From: a bacterium
GTDB taxonomy: Bacteria; Babelota; Babeliae; Babelales; JAUWHS01
Length of the DNA stretch: 38,231 nt
Direction: 5' to 3'
Assembly: GCA_043818275.1 (NCBI GenBank)
Contig: JBDRFY010000079.1
Location: 1 to 38,231, forward strand
Shown: piece by piece, positions 36,562 to 38,231 of the stretch
How positions within the stretch are numbered: the stretch's first letter is position 1
How the letters are laid out: each line of letters starts with the position of its first letter
The notes under the pieces: model-generated
Database searches by the model: none
The model's input: only the letters and a program-made list of their open reading frames with translations
What the model was told of the DNA's origin: nothing
Translations under genes and position numbers: made by a program

Positions 36562-37689
36562 TTAACCTAAAAATTTTTTGAAAAATCCGGAAATTCCGCC
36601 TTGATCATTTTGATCCTGGGGGCCCAATTTTTCAGAATATTCCAAAAGAGCTTTTTTTGTTTCGGCATTTATTTTTTTAGGAATGCGACATTGAGTTATG
36701 ATTACAAGATTTCCTTTTCCATATCCGTGAAGGCGTGTAAAACCTTTTCCTGTAATTACGATTTCTGTGCCAATTTCACAACCTTTAGGAATTTTTATTC
36801 CAATTCTTTCTTCATCAATGTTTTCAATTTCAATGTTGGCGCCCAAAACTAATTGAGGATAACTAAGATTTAATTTTGTTGCTAAATCATCGCCTCTACG
36901 TTCAAATTTATCATCTTGCGTTACATGGATAATTAAATATAAATCTCCATTTGAACCGCCAAAAATTCCTGCATCACCTTTTCCTGGTACGCGAAGTTCA
37001 GCTTCATTATAAATTCCCGCTGGTATTGTGATATTTAATTTTTCATGCTTTTGAATTCTCGTTTGGCCTTTACATATTTTGCATGGATTTTTAATTTCAA
37101 AACCACGCCCGCCACATTTTGGGCATGGTCTGGAAAAAGCAAAAAAACTTTGTCTATGCTGAACCGAACCAGTTCCGCCACAATTGCTACATGTAGTTGG
37201 TTTAGTTCCTGGTTCTGCTCCGGTTGCATTGCAAGTTGGACATTTTTCATATCTATAAATTCGAATTTCTTTTTTGCATCCGAGATATGCTTCTTTAAGT
37301 GAGATAGTTAGTATCTGAGATAAATCATGACCTCGCTGGGGTGTAGGACCTGCTTTTTTTGATCGTTTTGTAAATCCAGCACCACCGAATAGATCTGCAA
37401 AGATATCTTCAAAATTTGAGAAAATATCCCCCATATTTGAATAGGAATGATAATCGAAGCCTCCCTGCATGCCAGAGTGACCAAATTGATCATATTTTTG
37501 TTTCTTTTGGGCGTTTGATAAAACTTCATATGCTTCTGTTGCTTCTTTAAACTTTTCTTCAGCATCTTTATTTCCGGGATTTTTATCCGGATGATATTTG
37601 ATTGCAAGTTTTCTGTATGCTTTTTTTATTTCATCATTTGAAGCGTTTTTATTTACGCCTAAGATTTCGTAGTAATCACGTTTGCTCAT
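36562..37689 (-). CDS. dnaJ: Chaperone DnaJ
   Basis: [14 protein letters not shown] region, four CxxCxxxx zinc-finger repeats. Confidence 0.97.
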   Translation of the reverse strand: MSKRDYYEILGVNKNASNDEIKKAYRKLAIKYHPDKNPGNKDAEEKFKEATEAYEVLSNAQKKQKYDQFGHSGMQGGFDYHSYSNMGDIFSNFEDIFADLFGGAGFTKRSKKAGPTPQRGHDLSQILTISLKEAYLGCKKEIRIYRYEKCPTCNATGAEPGTKPTTCSNCGGTGSVQHRQSFFAFSRPCPKCGGRGFEIKNPCKICKGQTRIQKHEKLNITIPAGIYNEAELRVPGKGDAGIFGGSNGDLYLIIHVTQDDKFERRGDDLATKLNLSYPQLVLGANIEIENIDEERIGIKIPKGCEIGTEIVITGKGFTRLHGYGKGNLVIITQCRIPKKINAETKKALLEYSEKLGPQDQNDQGGISGFFKKFLG

Positions 37690-37805
37690 ATTTTTTACCA
37701 AATTTTAAATTATGAATTTAGATTTTAATGTTAAACCTTAGTGGTTTGCGCTCAAATTTAGTATAAGAAATAGCCTGAAAAAGGCAAATCCGTCTTTTTA
37801 ATAAA

Positions 37806-37988
37806 AAGACTGGCCTGCCATCCGTCTTTCGATTTCGCTTGCGCTACACTCAGGATGAGCGGGCGAAAAAACTAGCCGTGCCACCCGTAGCCTATACATC
37901 TTTTGCTAATCTTCCCCTACTTCGTGTAAAACTTCGCAGGGTCCTCCGAAGCTTTATGCGAAGGAGGAGGAGTGAAGGCGAAGGGTGG
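37806..37988. repeat. Composite nested REP-like palindromic array 3' of tRNA-Leu(CAG)
   Basis: Shares about 60 bp with 10433-10492; outer CCACCC(37881-37886)/GGGTGG(37983-37988) stem encloses inner hairpins. Confidence 0.8.
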
Positions 37989-38072
37989 TGCCGAAGAGGG
38001 GAGTTGAACCCCTACCTCCTTGCGGAGACCAGACCCTGAACCTGGCGCGTCTGCCAATTCCGCCACTTCGGC
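37986..38072 (-). tRNA. tRNA-Leu(CAG)
   Basis: GCCGAAG...CCAGG-TT-CAG-GG-TCTGG, variable arm, ...CTTCGGC-A-CCA. Confidence 0.96.
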
Positions 38073-38209
38073 TATAATTAATTTCTATATAAATAACGCG
38101 AATTCGATAATTAATTTTCTTTGACATTATAGACACAATGCTCCAATCCGTTAACCTTAAATAATTATTTAATCAATATCAAAAAAGGAAACCGGAAAGG
38201 AGCAATTTT

Positions 38210-38231
38210 ATGATTACTGAAATATTTTATC
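38210..38231 (+). CDS. Start of a CDS truncated by the window end (MITEIFY...)
   Basis: AAGGAG at 38197-38202 followed by ATG38210. Confidence 0.5.

Noticed and set aside
1019..37607. Many 60-110 aa antisense or alternate-frame ORFs inside long genes
   Set aside because: Shadow ORFs of well-supported genes, with no motifs or ribosome-binding sites noticed.
37839..38136. ORFs 37839..38039 and 37954..38136
   Set aside because: They overlap the palindromic array and tRNA-Leu(CAG).

Overview
AT-rich bacterial chromosomal segment, mostly housekeeping genes. The gene style (many short-signal-peptide proteins, a eukaryote-like effector, palindromic repeats after tRNAs) suggests a protist-associated bacterium such as Dependentiae/TM6; this is inference only. 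The window opens with a complete group II intron (5..1961) encoding an RT/maturase without an endonuclease domain. It appears to sit one base after the ATG of a RelBE-type antitoxin gene, and its domain VI carries its own Shine-Dalgarno and in-frame ATG, so the host gene could be translated with or without splicing. Next come relE, a glycosyltransferase, ppsA, a Thr-rich secreted protein, and a partial Fo cluster (atpI, atpB, and an atpE made of four fused c hairpins). These are followed by a GT4, acyP, tRNA-Glu, an Omp85 protein, potABCD, lepB, metG, sufS/sufU, pepA, a USP-like deubiquitinase, a DUF5829-like gene, nurA, ychF, miaB, tRNA-Cys, tRNA-Leu(TAA), HU, a frameshifted FUN14-like gene and a PilB/GspE ATPase. 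The window ends with three signal-peptide enzymes, dnaJ and tRNA-Leu(CAG). Other highlights are nested GC-rich palindromes fused to tRNA CCA ends and genes with a second SD plus start codon directly after a signal peptide.
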